The translations under genes were made by a program, and so were the position numbers. 64,000 nt of DNA from the human T2T-CHM13v2.0 reference genome, Homo sapiens, in NCBI RefSeq assembly GCF_009914755.1, contig NC_060928.1, one strand, 5' to 3'. Positions 45,476 to 60,708 of the stretch are shown one piece after another. Within the stretch, counting starts at the first letter, position 1. Every line of letters begins with the position of its first letter. The notes under the pieces are model-generated. The model was not told where the DNA came from, did not search any database, and was given only the letters and a program-made list of their open reading frames with translations.

Positions 45476-45573
45476 ATGAAACATTTCCATCTCCACATTT
45501 AAATAAATTAATGTTTGAAAATGTTTAATGATGCTTAATTCTCAGTTCAATTTTTACTGTGTATTTTTATATA

Positions 45574-46041
45574 CAGGTTGAGTATAGTTCAAAAATCTAA
45601 AATTCAAAATGCTCTAAAACCTGAAACCCATGAAGTGCCAACTTAACAGCATAAGAGGAAAACTCCAAACCTGACCTCATCTGATGGGTCACAGTTGACA
45701 CTTTGTTTCATGCACAAAATTATTTTAAAACATTGTATATTTTAAAATTCATTTATGCTTGTATATTACGTTTGTGTATTTATGGTATATTTTAAATTCA
45801 TTTATGTTTGACGCACACCTTATATACATATTCTTCTTATGTGTGTATAAGGTGTGTGTCAAACATATTCCTCTTATGTGTATAGGGTATATATCAAACA
45901 AAAATAAATTTGATGTTTAAACTTGGCTCCCCTCCCCAAGATATCATATTAAGTATGTGCAAATGTCCTGAAATCTGAAAAAAATCCAAAATCTAAAACA
46001 CTTTTAGTTCCAATCATTTCAGATAAGGGATACTCAACGTG
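45574..46041. mobile_element. Tigger4/Zombi (MER46)-type non-autonomous DNA transposon
   Basis: TIRs CAGGTTGAGTAT...GGGATACTCAACGTG, flanked by TA on both sides; 'aaatctgaaaaaaatccaaaatctaaaacactt' subterminal motif. Confidence 0.85.
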
Positions 46042-48186
46042 TATCGTGTTTCCCCTTTGTAACATCCACACTTGCTTTTCCATTTTTTTCTTCATTCTCA
46101 TTCTCATTTCCATCTTGTTGATGGAATACTCCATGCAAGGTAGCCAAAATTATCCAAAACTAAAATGGACCCAGATTTATTACAAGTTGGCTGCGGTTTT
46201 TCGTCACAAATTTTGTTCAACTGAAAAGGATGTGTGGGCAACATAATTTCACATATTGAGAGTTAAAAACTCTTGAAACTTGAATTATAGGTTAGTTAGG
46301 GATGTGTGTATGCTCTTGGCTCTCATAAATATAAACCAATAATGTTCCTTTTAACTCAGGACCCATTCAGGGGCTCACTCACACATTTCCTTTCCTTTAA
46401 AAAGAGATCTCAATCTTTGGAACACTGGAATATTGAACTAACAAAAATCTGACATATTCCTAGTTTTTTAAAGCAAGAATATTATTTATTCAATTAAGGC
46501 TCACATACTAATATCCTTACTTTATTATCATGCCATATTTTACATGAGTGAATTTCAAAATGGCATTAAGTTTATTATTCTGAATATGAAGTAGTACATG
46601 CTCACTGTCAAATACATTTAAACAATAGGGAAATATATAGCATAGATTGAAAATTGTCCATCCAGAGAAACCTACTCACATTTTTGGTATATTCTATCAA
46701 GCCTTTTTTCCCCGTTATATAGATCTTTTTACACACACATTTTGGAATGAGATGAAATCAAATAAAAATAAGTTGTTACAGATCGTATTTGGATATTTGA
46801 TTGTAACACTTTTATTTCGAAGTGTATGTTTTATACATATAGGAACATCCTATATACTTTCTTCCCACCTTTCCAAGTCTAGAATGACACAACAAAGGTA
46901 AGAAAGGAAAATAACCTTCCTTCTGTGTCAAACAACAAGAACTTGCCTAGCCATGCTCTCTTATATTGTTTGCTATTCTCAGTTTCTAGCACACAAAAAT
47001 ACATGCAATAACTTCTCCAAAGAACAGCTTAACTGCATCTAGCAACTGTTTATAATCATGGATAATTGGCAATGAGGTATCTGCCTCAGAGGATATTTCA
47101 ACAATAAAGGGCAAGCTCTCAGGGAAAATGTCCATTGCTTCAAGATCTAATGTGGTCCAGAAAAGTAAGAATCACTGTCAGATGACCTATATAAACACTT
47201 TGCTAATGACAACCATGTTCAGTATGTCTGGGCTTTTTCTGAAGAAGAGTAAAATTTATTCTGAAAAGGGGAAACTCTCCTTGGGAATCTGAATTTTATT
47301 GTAATGTATAAAAGGAGAAAATTGCAATAATTGTGGGGTTGTTCATTAGGTTATCAATTTTTGCTGGCACAAAGCAGATATGACAATAGGAAACGTGCAA
47401 CAATGGTAAAATGCATAAAACACATTCTAATCAGAAGGAAAATTATGACTAAAAAGGAAGGAATGCCAGAATTTAATAATAAAGTCAATGTGTTCATGAA
47501 AAAATCCCTTGAATTGCTCCTTGGGATGGGATGCAGGCCTGTTTATACTGTTGTTAAGAGCTCAGTGCTGGTAATAATTGCTTATTACTAAATAATATAT
47601 CACTTTGAAAAAATAGTTCATGGTGATAATAAAATCTTATTTGACTTTTAAGATATAATATTAAAGTTCAATTTTAATCAACACTTTGGGCTAGTCTGAA
47701 AGTTCAATGCATTCTATAAATGATATATAATATCAATTACAATAGTTCATAAGTGGCAACTAACATAAAGTATTAAATGTGCTTCCTCTATATTTGTGAT
47801 AAAGTCAGATCCACGCTATTGAATATTTTAACATTTTCTTCTCAAATAGTAGATAACTATTGGATCTTTACAAAGAAGAACATTGTTGCAACTTGAAGTG
47901 GCTGGCTTCTTCAAAGTTGACGTTCTATGCGGTAATTTTTTCCAAAATAAGAAAAACCCTAGCTTTGTTTTGTCCCTTAGAATTCAGAGGTCTTATCAAT
48001 GCAATCCTTTGACTAATGAAACCAGTTCTTCTAGGCCAGTTTTGCAGCGGCTAGGATGATTCCATAGAAAAAAAAATGTATCCAGAAAAGACCCAGTGTT
48101 AAGCACAAATGGATGATATTATAATATTGAATTGTGAAAAGTAGTTTCTATGGCTTAATAGCCCTAGAAATACATACTCCAGATTA

Positions 48187-48324
<138 letters not shown>

Positions 48325-49157
48325 TTATAAATAGTTTTTAATTAATTTCTTAAAATACTGTTTAGTCGGAACTGGCTCATATTTAAATATTTTTCTGAAT
48401 TATGTCATTACTATGGAAAAAACTATGTATAGAACATGTGGATATATTTACACTTACATGCATAAATTTCAAGTGGAGTTCTACAGGATATGAGAACTCC
48501 TTTCCCTCCTCAAATTTCAGGAATCTCTCTTACATCATCCCTAGGTAACTAGAAGTTGTTCTTTAACTATGGGAATCATTTGGTATTTCAAATCTATTCA
48601 TCACTTCATACTTAGAAAGATAAAATATTAAATTAGGACAGCATTTTAACAGTCATTAAAGCATCAATGTGTGTGTAGGTTTGGACTCTATGAAATTTGA
48701 ACTGAAAAGATAGGCAGTTGAGAAGCTTTGAAAATATACAACACCAGCACATTCCTTATTTCATGTTCCTAACATGATTCTGGTTAACAGAATCATATAA
48801 AAGCACCAAGAATTTTGAAGAAAGTAATAGGATCTTTCAACTGTCAGCTTGGATGTTTTTTGTCAATAACATAAGTGATATCAGAACTGTTGATATAGTA
48901 CTATAAAAGTATATTAAATCTTTACGTACTATTGATTCCAATGGCCAGTTTATATCTAGTAATGTATGAAGTTCCCATTCCTCTAGCACATGAAATAAAT
49001 CATAAGAGGATGAAAAACAACCACTGATTTGTATACATTAAAAAGTCAGTACATAGGTATCATAGTTATCTAACAGACAAAATTGATTAAATTTGGGCAT
49101 GGTATCTGCATTTGGAAAAAAAAAACAGCCATATCAGTTTTTTAGGCACTCACTTAC

Positions 49158-49202
49158 CTCTTTTGGTGCAGGGGGGGGTGGTGGTGGAGGATCCTTAATA
49201 AC
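49158..49202 (-). CDS. ANTXR2: ANTXR2 coding exon (canonical exon 13), VIKDPPPPPPPAPKE, 45 nt, phase 0/0
   Basis: Reverse complement reads ttttttttgacAG|GTT ATT AAG GAT CCT CCA CCA CCA CCC CCC CCT GCA CCA AAA GAG|GTaagt. The peptide matches the recalled juxtamembrane proline-rich segment of CMG2. Confidence 0.96.
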
Positions 49203-49289
49203 CTGTCAAAAAAAATCAAATATAAAAATTTCTATGGCATAGAGAGGAGATAGTAAGGATGTGTAAAAATAATTTGATACATAAAATAC

Positions 49290-50110
<821 letters not shown>

Positions 50111-50124
50111 AATCAGCTTCTTAG

Positions 50125-50448
<324 letters not shown>

Positions 50449-50908
50449 TAATTCTTCACGTGAATAGAATAGGGCTTAATTTGAAATGACCTTTACTGGT
50501 ATTGGGCTATCTGGATATTCACACCATCGTGATGGAAAATCTTTGACCAAGTGTCAATGGCTTCAGCTACTTCAGGTACAAATCAAAGTCTCTATACTAA
50601 GAGGGAAAACTGAAAATGTTCCAGCTTGATGTCATCTAATGTCAAATGTGTCAACTATGCTATTAAATTTTCAAAGGTTTAAAACAATAGCAACTTTGAA
50701 AATGTGGTTCCACTTTTACCTCATCAAAGAATTATTTTTAATGTGTAGTATATTACTATGATCATGGATATATATTTAAAGACTGTTTGTCTTTTAAAGG
50801 TATGTACAAATATTTCCAGGTGAAATGATATGATTTTGATATTTTCATCAAAATAATTTGGGCGTTGGGACTTGGATATGGGTACAGATAAAGAAAGATT
50901 GACAATAA

Positions 50909-52561
50909 TGCTCCACCACTGCATACACACCAGTGGCTCCCCGCTGCCCTGTTGGTTTTCATTTGTCTACACCTCACACCATCGCCCCACTAGTGTGCAC
51001 TCTCTGGTGGCCCCCTACTTCAAGACATTCTCCTGTGGCACCCTGCCCCCACAACCAGAGCACTTTTGTCAACAGCCCCCATCAGAGTGTTTTGCCAGCA
51101 GTCTGGGAACACCCCAGTCCTTCCAGTGCAGAAAGTGTTTGACCTCGAGAGGTCAAAGAACAAAGCCATATGCCCAGTCCCAGTCCCCAAGGCATTAGCA
51201 TGAAGCTCAGGAGTGCTAAGCTGAGCCTTGGCCTCCTGAAAGCATCCAGAAATGAAGTCAATCAACTAAACACAATTTATACTGCCTTCAAACCCTCAAG
51301 AACATCAAAGAATATAAAAGCAAATAGCTTCATCCAAAGGACAGCAATGTCAAAAAGTAAAGGAAAATCAGTGAACACAGATGAGAAAGAACCAGCACAA
51401 GAATTCTGGCAACTCTAAAAGCCAGAGTGTCTTCTTACCTCCACAAACTACCTCAATAACTCCCCCAGAAATGAAATGTCTGAAATGACAGACACAGAAT
51501 CAGAATCTGGATGGCGGAGAAGCCCAGTGAGATACAGGAGAAGGTTGAAACCCAATCCAAGGAAACTAATAAAACGATAGAAGAGCTGGAAAATGACATT
51601 GCCATTTTAAGAAAAAAAAAAAAAAAATTGAACTTCCGGAAATTAAAAATTTGCTATAAGACTTTTATAATGCAATCGGAAGCATTAATTACAAAATAGA
51701 TGAAGCTGAGAAAAGAATCTCAAAACTCAAAGACTGCTCCTTTGAATCAATGCAGGCAAAAAAAAATTAAGAATTTTTAAAAATGAAAAAACAAACCTCC
51801 AGGAAATATGGGATTATGTAAGAAGATCAAACCTATGACTCACTGGCATTTCTGAAAGAGATAGAGAACAAGCAACTTGGAAAACATATTTGAGGATATT
51901 GTCCACACAAATTTCCCCAACCTCACTACACAGGTAGGCATGCACATTCAGGAAATTCAGAGAATCTTTAAAATATACTAGAAAAGATAAGATATCTAGT
52001 CATCAGATTCTCCAAGGTCAACGCAAAGGAAAGAAATGTTAAAGGCAGCTACAGAGAAGGGCCAGGTTAAGTACAAAAGGAATCCCATCAGGCCAACAGT
52101 GAAACTTTCAGCAGAAACTTCACAAGTCAAAAGAGATTGGCGGCCTATATTCTGCAACTTTAAAGAAAAGAAACTTCAACCAAGAATTTCATATCCAACC
52201 AAACTAAGCTTCATAAGTGAAGGGGGAATAAAATCATTTTCAAACAAGCAAATGCTAAGGGAATCCATTACTATCAGTTATGTTTACAAGAGGTCCTAAA
52301 GGGAGCACTAAACATGGAAATGTAAGACCTGCCACGACAAAAACACACTTAAGTACATATCACATTGGTACTATAAAGCAACTATACAATCAAGTCTATA
52401 TAACAACTAGCTAAGAACATGACAAGATCAAATCTTCACATATCAATATTGACCTTGAAGATAAATGGGCTAAGTGTCCAACTTAAAAGGTACAGAGTGG
52501 CAAGTTGGATACAGAAGCAAAACCCAACTATACGCTATATTCAAGAAATTCATCTCACATA

Positions 52562-52604
<43 letters not shown>

Positions 52605-55600
52605 GGCTGAAAGTAAAGGAATAGAGAAAGATCACTCAAGCAAACAGAAAACAAAAAAATAAGAGGGGTTGCAATTCTTATTTCAGACAATACAGACTTT
52701 AAATCAGCAATGATCAAAAAAGACAAAGAGCATTGCATAATGATAAAAGTTTCCATTCAACAAGAAGACTTAACTCTCCTAAATACATACACTCCCAAAT
52801 TGGAGATCCTAGATTCATAAAACAAGTTCTTAGAGACCTATGAAGAAGCTTAGATAACCACACAATAATAATGGGAGACTTCAACACTCCACTGACAGTA
52901 TTGGACAGATCATTGAAGCAGAAAACTAACAAAGATATTTGAGACCTAACCTCAGCACTTAACCAAATGGACCTAACAGACATCAACAGAATACCCAACA
53001 ACAACAGAATATACATTCTTCTCATCTGCATATGGCACATACTCTAAGATCGACCACATGCTTGGCCATGAAGCAATTCTCAACAAACTTAAAAACAACA
53101 AAATCATACCAATCACACTCTCAGAACACAGTACAATAGAAATAGAAATCAATACCAAGAAGAGCTCTCAAAACCATACAATTACATGGAAAGTAAACAA
53201 ACTTGCTCCTAAATGACTTTCAGGCAAAGAGTGAAATTAAGGCAGAAATTTAAAAATTCTTTGAAACCAATGAAAACAAAGATTCAACATCACAGAATCT
53301 CTGGGACACGGCTAAAGCAGTTTTCAGAGAAAAGTTTATAGTGTTAAATGCCTACATCAAGAAGTTAGGAAGATCTCAAATTAACAAGCTAACATCACAC
53401 CTAGAGGAACTAGGAAAACATGAGTAAACCAACCCCAAAGCTAGCAGAAGAAAAGAAAACCAAAATCAGAGCTGAACTGAAGGAAACTGAGATATGAAAT
53501 CTGTACAAAAGATCAGCAAAATCAAAATTTGGTTCTTTCAAAAAATAAACAAGATTGATAAACCACTAACTAGATTAATAAATAAAAAAAAGAAGATCCA
53601 AATAAGCATAATCAGAAATGACAAAGGGGACATTAGAGATCCCAAAGAAATACAAGAACTCTAAAACACTATTAGGAATACCTTTATGCATACAAACTAA
53701 AAAATCTAGAAAAACATGGGTAAATTCCTAAAAACATACACTTCTGAAGATTGACCAACAAAGAAATATTTATCCTGAACAGATAAATAACAAGTTCTGA
53801 AACTTGATCAGTAATAAAAAAAATCCAGAAAATGCCGTAGATGAGACAGATTCATGGCTGAATTCTACCAGACATATAGAGAAGACCTGGTACCAATCCT
53901 ACTGAAACTATTCCAAAAAGTTGAGGAGAAGGGACACCTCCATAACTCATTCTATAAGGCTAGCATCATTCTGATAACAAAAGCTGTCAGAGATACAATG
54001 AAAAAAGAAAACTTCAGGCCAATATGCCTGATGAACATAGACCCAAAAATCCTCAACAAAATACTAGCAATCCAAATCTAGCAGTGTATCAAAAAGTTAA
54101 TCCACCATGATCCAGTAGGCTTTATCCCTGGGATGCAAGGTTGGCTCAACATATGTAAATCAATAAATGTGATTCATTACATGAACAGAACTAAAAACAA
54201 AAACCACATGATCATCTCAATAGACTCAGAAAAAACTTTCAATAAAATTCCACATCCCTTCATGTTAAAACTCTCAACAAACTAGGCATCAAAAAAAATA
54301 TCTCAAAATAGTAAGAACCATCTATGATAAACCCACAGCCAACATTATATTGAACAGGCAAAAGATGGAAGCATTTCTCTTAAGAAATAGAATAAGACAA
54401 GGATGCCCACTCTCACCACTTCTATTCAGTAAAGTCCTGGAAGTCCTAGCCAGAGAAATCAGATAACAGAAAGAAATAAAAGGCATCCAAATAGGAAAAT
54501 AAGAAGTCAAAATTATCCTTCTTCACCAATAATAAGATTTTATATTTAGAAAACCTAAATATTCTTTCAAAAAGTTCCTGGACCTGATAAACAACTTCAT
54601 TAACCTTTCAGAATACAAACCAAATGTACAAAAATCAGTAGCATATCTGTATACCAATAATGTCCAAGCTGAGAGCCAAATCAAGAATTCAATAACAACA
54701 GTTACAAAAAAAAAAAAAAAAAAAAAAACACCTTGTAATACAGCTAACCAGGGAGGCAAAAGCTCTGTGCAATGAGAATTACCAAACTCTGCTGAAAGTA
54801 ATCAGAGATAACAAAAACAAATGAAAAAGCATTCTATGCTCATGAATAGGAAGAATCAATATTGTTAAAATAGCCATATTGCCCAAAGCAATTTACAGAT
54901 TCAATGCTATTTCTATCAAAATATCAACATCATTTTTCATAGAATTAGAGAAAACTATTATAAAATTCATATGGAACCAGAAGAGAACCTGAATAGCCAA
55001 AGCTATCCTAAGCAAAAAGAAAAAAGCAGGAGGCATCACACTACCTGTCTTCAAACTATGCTACAAGGCTAGAGTACACCAAAGCAGCATGGTACTGCTG
55101 GAAAAGGTTAGATAACCCAGAAATAAAGCCACACACCTACGACCATCTGATCTTCAACAAAGTTGACAATAACAAGCAGTGGGGAAAGGACTCCCTATTC
55201 AGTAACTGATTCTGGTATAACTGGCTAGCTATATGTGGAAGACTGAAACTAAACCCCTTCTTTTCACCATATATAAAAACCAGCTCAAAATGAATTAAAT
55301 TCTTAAATATAAAACCTAAAACTCTAAAAGAAAACCTGGGAAATACCATTTTGGACATAGGCTTTGGCAAAGATTTCATGATGAAGTTTCCAAAAGCAAT
55401 GGCAGCAAAAGAAAAAATAAACAAGTAGGACCTAATTAAACTAAAGAGCTTCTGCACAGCGAAAGAAACTGTCAACAGAGTAAACAGATAATCTACAGAA
55501 TGGGAGAAAATATTTGCAACCTATGCATCCAGTAAAGGTCTAATATCCAGAATCTGTAAGGAACTTAAATCAAAAGGCAAAAAACAAACAACCTCATTTA

Positions 55601-56454
55601 AAAAAATGGGCAAAGGACACGAACAGGCACTTCTCAAAAGAAGACATGTACAAGGCCAACAAGCTTATAAAAAAATGCTCAATATTGCTAATCATTAGAG
55701 AAATGCAAATCAAAACCACAACAAGATACCATCTCACACCAGTCAGAATGGCTATTATTAAAAAGTAAAAAATAAATAACAGGAGTTAGCAAGGCTGTAG
55801 AGAAAGGAGAATGTTTATACACTGCTAGTGAGAATATAAATTAGTTCAGCCATTGTGGAAAGCAGTTTGAAGATTTCTCAGAGAACTTAAAGCAGAACTA
55901 CATTTAATCCAGCAATCCCATTATTGGGTATATTCCCAAAGGAATATAAATCGTTCTACCAAAGACATACGCACTTGTATGTTCATCACAACACTATTCA
56001 CAATAGCAAAGACATGGAATCAACCTGGATGCCCATCAATGATGGACTGGCTAGAAAAAAAAGTGATACAGATACACCAGTGAATACTAAACAGCTATTT
56101 AAAAAAAATGAAATCATGTCATTGGCAGCAACATGGATGCAGCTGGAGGCCATTATCCTCAGAGAATTAGCACAGAAACAGAAAACCAAGTACTACAGGT
56201 TCTTTTTTATAAGTGGAGTGGAAGCTGCACATTGAGTACAAATGGACAGAAAGATGAGAACAATAGACATCAGGGCCTACATGAAGTGAGAACCCGGTAG
56301 AAAGGTGAGGGTTGAAAAACTACCCATCAGGTACTATGCTCACTACCTGGGTGATGAAATCATTTGTACACCAAACACCAGCAACACATAATTTACCCCT
56401 GTAACAATCCTGTACATGTACCCCTGAACCTAAAATAAAAATTGAAAGAAAAAA
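50909..56454 (+). mobile_element. Old ~5.5-kb LINE-1 (L1PA15/16-like), 5'-truncated within the 5'UTR, ORF1/ORF2 decayed
   Basis: ORF1 remnant (52036-52299 ...KKLQPRISYPTKLSFISEG) and ORF2 remnants (53854-54081 AEFYQTY...[12 protein letters not shown]) with many stops and frameshifts. 3' end 'gagggttgaaaaactacccatcaggtactatgctcactacctggg...ctgaacctaaaataaaa'. TSD ATTGACAATAA at 50898-50908 and 56455-56465. Confidence 0.9.
52567..52601. repeat. (TA)n microsatellite inside the old L1 ORF2
   Basis: Direct reading. Confidence 0.95.
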
Positions 56455-57510
56455 ATTGACAATAAGTTGAGAATCATTGAAGCTGAGTAATGAAGACAGT
56501 GGGAAGTTCATTATCTTAGTTTTTTTAATTTTTAATTTTTGTGGGTACATATATTAGTCTCTCTCTTTGTAAATGTTTCCATTTTCCATAGTGAAAGGGT
56601 TTTTATATTTTGATGTCATTGATAATGTTTAGAGAACTGACCCATAATTTTCTGTGTGTATAATGTTTTCATCATCTAAATTTTAGTTTAGATCCAAACC
56701 TCAGGGAAAAAATACACAGACAATAATGACAATAATATAGATATAAATAGTAATTAAATTTGAATCTCCTTTTGAATGCTACAAAGCCATTATTTCTACT
56801 TAATTCTTTATTTAATTCAATTTTATTTTTTTAATAATCATAAAATTCCAGTAGATTTTGGTAATCATGAAAGATAAAACTTTATGATTTTTTATAATTA
56901 GCCCAGAAATAAATGCCAGTAGAGAATTAAGATTTAAAATAATAATAAAACAAAATAAAGTTAAGTTCATCAAACTGCAGGTATATTTCCTCTATAAAAA
57001 AAGAAAGCATGTCATATGACTATGAACTTGCATGTCCAAAACAATTAATGAAAACCAAATCTGTTAGCATTTTATAACAAAATCAAAGCTACCCTAACCA
57101 TCTTCATTTAAAAGCTAACATTCCTTCCTATCTTCCCTGTTTCTTTCAAGTGAATGACTTTTTTCAGTTGCAACCTAAAAAGTTGGCATAATCTGTAATC
57201 TCTTTTCTCACTTCAAATGACTTTACCAAATCATTTCCATGCCCAATACATTCTTTGAAATATCCCCCACCTTCCTCTCTCCCTGATGAATTCTCCCCAT
57301 TTTCTCAAAGCATATGATTCTCTTGATATGCACAGATGCATTGTTCTCTCCTAGAATTTATCCAAGTTGATAATTTTATCTACCAAAAAAGGGTTTATTA
57401 ATTTTATCTACAAAAAAATAGTAAGTTTCATGAGAACAGGTGTTATGTCTGCTTTGCTCCTCACTGACTTTCTAGTATTTAATAGAATGTCTAGCACAAA
57501 TTAGACTTTC

Positions 57511-57745
57511 AAGGAAGTAAGGAAAAAGAGAAGTTAGGAAGAGGAAAAGGAAAGAAGTGAGAAGGGGAGAGAAAAGGAGGGAGGAAGGGATAAAGAAAGA
57601 GAGGGAAGAAGGAAGAAAGGGAAATTAGGAGGAAAAAAAGAAGGAAAAAAGGGAGAGAAGAGAGGAAGAAACAAATTGAGAGAATAAAGAAGGAGGAAGG
57701 GAAGGAAGGAGATAGACTGCAGAGGGAAGGACAAAGGAAGAAGGG
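57511..57745. repeat. GA-rich low-complexity polypurine tract
   Basis: About 230 nt of almost only A/G on the + strand. Confidence 0.9.
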
Positions 57746-58068
57746 ATTCTTTTCATTCCCTCCCCCTGTCACTCCTAAAAGCATATTCTCAAGATTCTTT
57801 GGGCCTTAAATGTACCTAGTACAACATTTTTTCAACTCCTCCAACGCATACACAATCAAAACTTCAATACTCTGAAAAGTTCCCACCAAGCTGTAGTCTA
57901 ATTATGTTTGAATTACTGCAATCAAGAGAAATCCACTACCTTACAAAGCAATTCAGTCCATTGGCAAGGAACCCACATCATTTGAAAGTTTTTCCCCCAA
58001 ATGAAGCCAAGGCACTTCCCACTCTGTAGTTTCCAGTCTTTAGTCTTGATCCTAGAGTCTGGCAATAC

Positions 58069-58084
58069 ACCACACACACACACA

Positions 58085-58122
<38 letters not shown>
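58069..58122. repeat. Interrupted (CA)n microsatellite
   Basis: Direct reading; CGCG interruption. Confidence 0.95.
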
Positions 58123-58124
<2 letters not shown>

Positions 58125-60618
58125 CACTTTTTCTTTCAGAGGAGAGCAGTTCCTATTTTTGAATGCTAGGATAATTGCCATATATCTACTGAGTCTACCA
58201 ATCTGGAACCTAAATATATCAAACATTTCTCATGAGATGGTCCTGAGTTATCTGGTTATCTTGGTCAGTTTTTTTTTTAATCACATATTGATTTGGTCAA
58301 TATTTCAGTGTGGTTTCTAGAACTGATAACATTTTAAGTATGGCTGAGCTATTATAAATAAATGAATGGTGCTCAGACAAAGGAGATGCATCTCCATCTT
58401 TTCTCACCACCTCATTCTAAGAATTTTAATTAATAATACATTCACAAAATTTATTGATAGTTATAATTACCATAGCCTTTTTTGCATCAATGACTTAATA
58501 CTCTACTTGTTGTTAAATTAGACATCTAACTTATTTCTCTATCTCCAATTGATTCCCCATTTTAACCTATGTAGCCAGGTCAATATTCTTCTAACAGAAG
58601 CTTAAACGATCATTTCCCTGGTAAAAATGAATAAACAATCCCAATGTTCAAATTTGACTCAATAAAGTACTAAATTTTATTGGAAAGACCTTACGAATCA
58701 TGCTTCCACTCTTAGTTTTGTGAATTTCCATAAAGTACTCTCTGGAGTTCTCTCACTAGAAAAAGGTCAAGGTACATCCTTCCATTCCACTAAGTCTGAG
58801 AATAATACATCTGAACTCATTTTCACTTCATCGTGAGGACTTCAAATTTACTCTTCTTATTACATGTACATCTTGCACTGTTATATAAATTTCTGAGGAC
58901 ATAAATAGTATCCCCAACCCTGTTCTGTATTACATCCTCCTGAGAATTATTCAACATCTCTCTCCATAACTCTTCCTTTTTTTTAATGTCATATTCATTA
59001 TCCCATATAGCATCTAGTTTAATAGTGATATGGGAAAATTGAATTTCAATTTAAAATCCCCATATGACCACTGTTATCAAACTCACATAGTACCATGGGA
59101 GGCATCTTTACATTCCTTCTCTTCACCGGAGGTCCTTTATCTAATATAAACTGCAAGATAAACTATCAAAGCCCCTTTTGCAGCACATAAACATGAGCCA
59201 GTTTTTCTATTCTCATTGTTAAAATGCCTCAGCATGGTGTCAGTCCCTCCACGGTTAAGGCCTAACATGTATCTACAAACATCCCCCTACATGCACCTCC
59301 TCTCCAGCCAGCCTGATGATCCTGATGCTTCCCCCAAATACAATGATCATTTTCCTGTTAGGTCCCAACCAGCCTTCACAGAGTAGCCCACCAACTCCCT
59401 GTTGTTTCATCTAGAAGACATAAAACTTTTTAAAGTATATGTTGCTGCACAGTTGAACCATTTATGCATCATTAATTTGGGTTTATATGTTGATTTTGTA
59501 ATTTTTAAATTATCACTGAAAATTACAAATTTCTTAATGGCAATAATTATTTCTCCTTATTTATACATGTCATCATGCCTAATAAAGTGCTCTGCACACA
59601 GCAGATACTAAAGGTACTAAAAATATACTGAAAGTGAAATTGATGGAACTGAGAACGTTCACAAAAAATTATAGGTTGATTTCCAAATGTATAAGTCAAA
59701 TATTGAGGAAAAAATATACAAAAATAATACACAGATAGATTTACATGAAACTAAAATATTACTAGTCCCTAAGAAAATGAAGCACTAAATTTTTTCCTGA
59801 ACCAATAAAGTCAGATAACCCAATTGTAGAAGAGGAGATAGAAGTATACTAAGTTTATTCATCTGGGAAATAAATTGGATTAACTGTAGGTCCTTGTCAA
59901 AATGTCAATTCTTATAAAATGATAAAAAATACATATTACAATGTTTCCACCAGGTTTTTGCTTCTATGCCTTTCCATGGATAAATATGGCCATATGTCTA
60001 TATGCAATTATATTCACCTTATTCCAGAAAAGAACATTAGAGTTCTTTTCAATAGCATGCCATTATTCTTTTGTGTGAATAATTCATGACTTATTATACA
60101 TTTAAAATGAATTAAAGTCCTGACAAGTATATTTTCTACATTGTTAATAATGAAAACGAAGCCCTCAAAGCTCTATCTAAATCACATTTTGATCTGGTAA
60201 ATTAAGGCACACAACCACCATCACAACAAATAATAGTACCTTCAGAAACTGAACCAGAGCTAAGGCTCATCTGTGTGTTGTTAACACTATTAACAGGAAC
60301 CACCCTTTATTGGTGCTGCCAGATGCCACATGCTCTGTCTCTATAGCTCTTTTATTTTCATAATAACTCTGTGCAATCACTATGTTTATCCTCATTTTAA
60401 ATATAAGGAGAGGAAAGCTGTAACTTCAATAACTTGCCCAAATATATACAAAGAGAAAACACAGAATTAGGATTCAAACCGAGGACCAAGTCTACCTATC
60501 TCCAACTCTGAATTCAACTTCTGCCATATGACATCTTTTTAAAATAAGATTTAGTTTGCAAAGGGAAAGGGTGCAGAAGAAAAAGCCTATGATTTGTTGA
60601 GTAGTTGTTACTTACTTG

Positions 60619-60708
60619 CATGGATGGATGGGTAGATGGACGGATGGATATATGGATGGATGGATGGATGGATGGATGGATGGATGGATGGATGGATGAA
60701 TGAATGAA
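60619..60708. repeat. (GGAT)n tetranucleotide repeat grading into (GAAT)n
   Basis: Direct reading. Confidence 0.95.

Noticed and set aside
57509-58226. Hydrophobic 'membrane-like' and CV-repeat ORFs
   Set aside because: Translations of the GA-rich tract and the (CA)n microsatellite.
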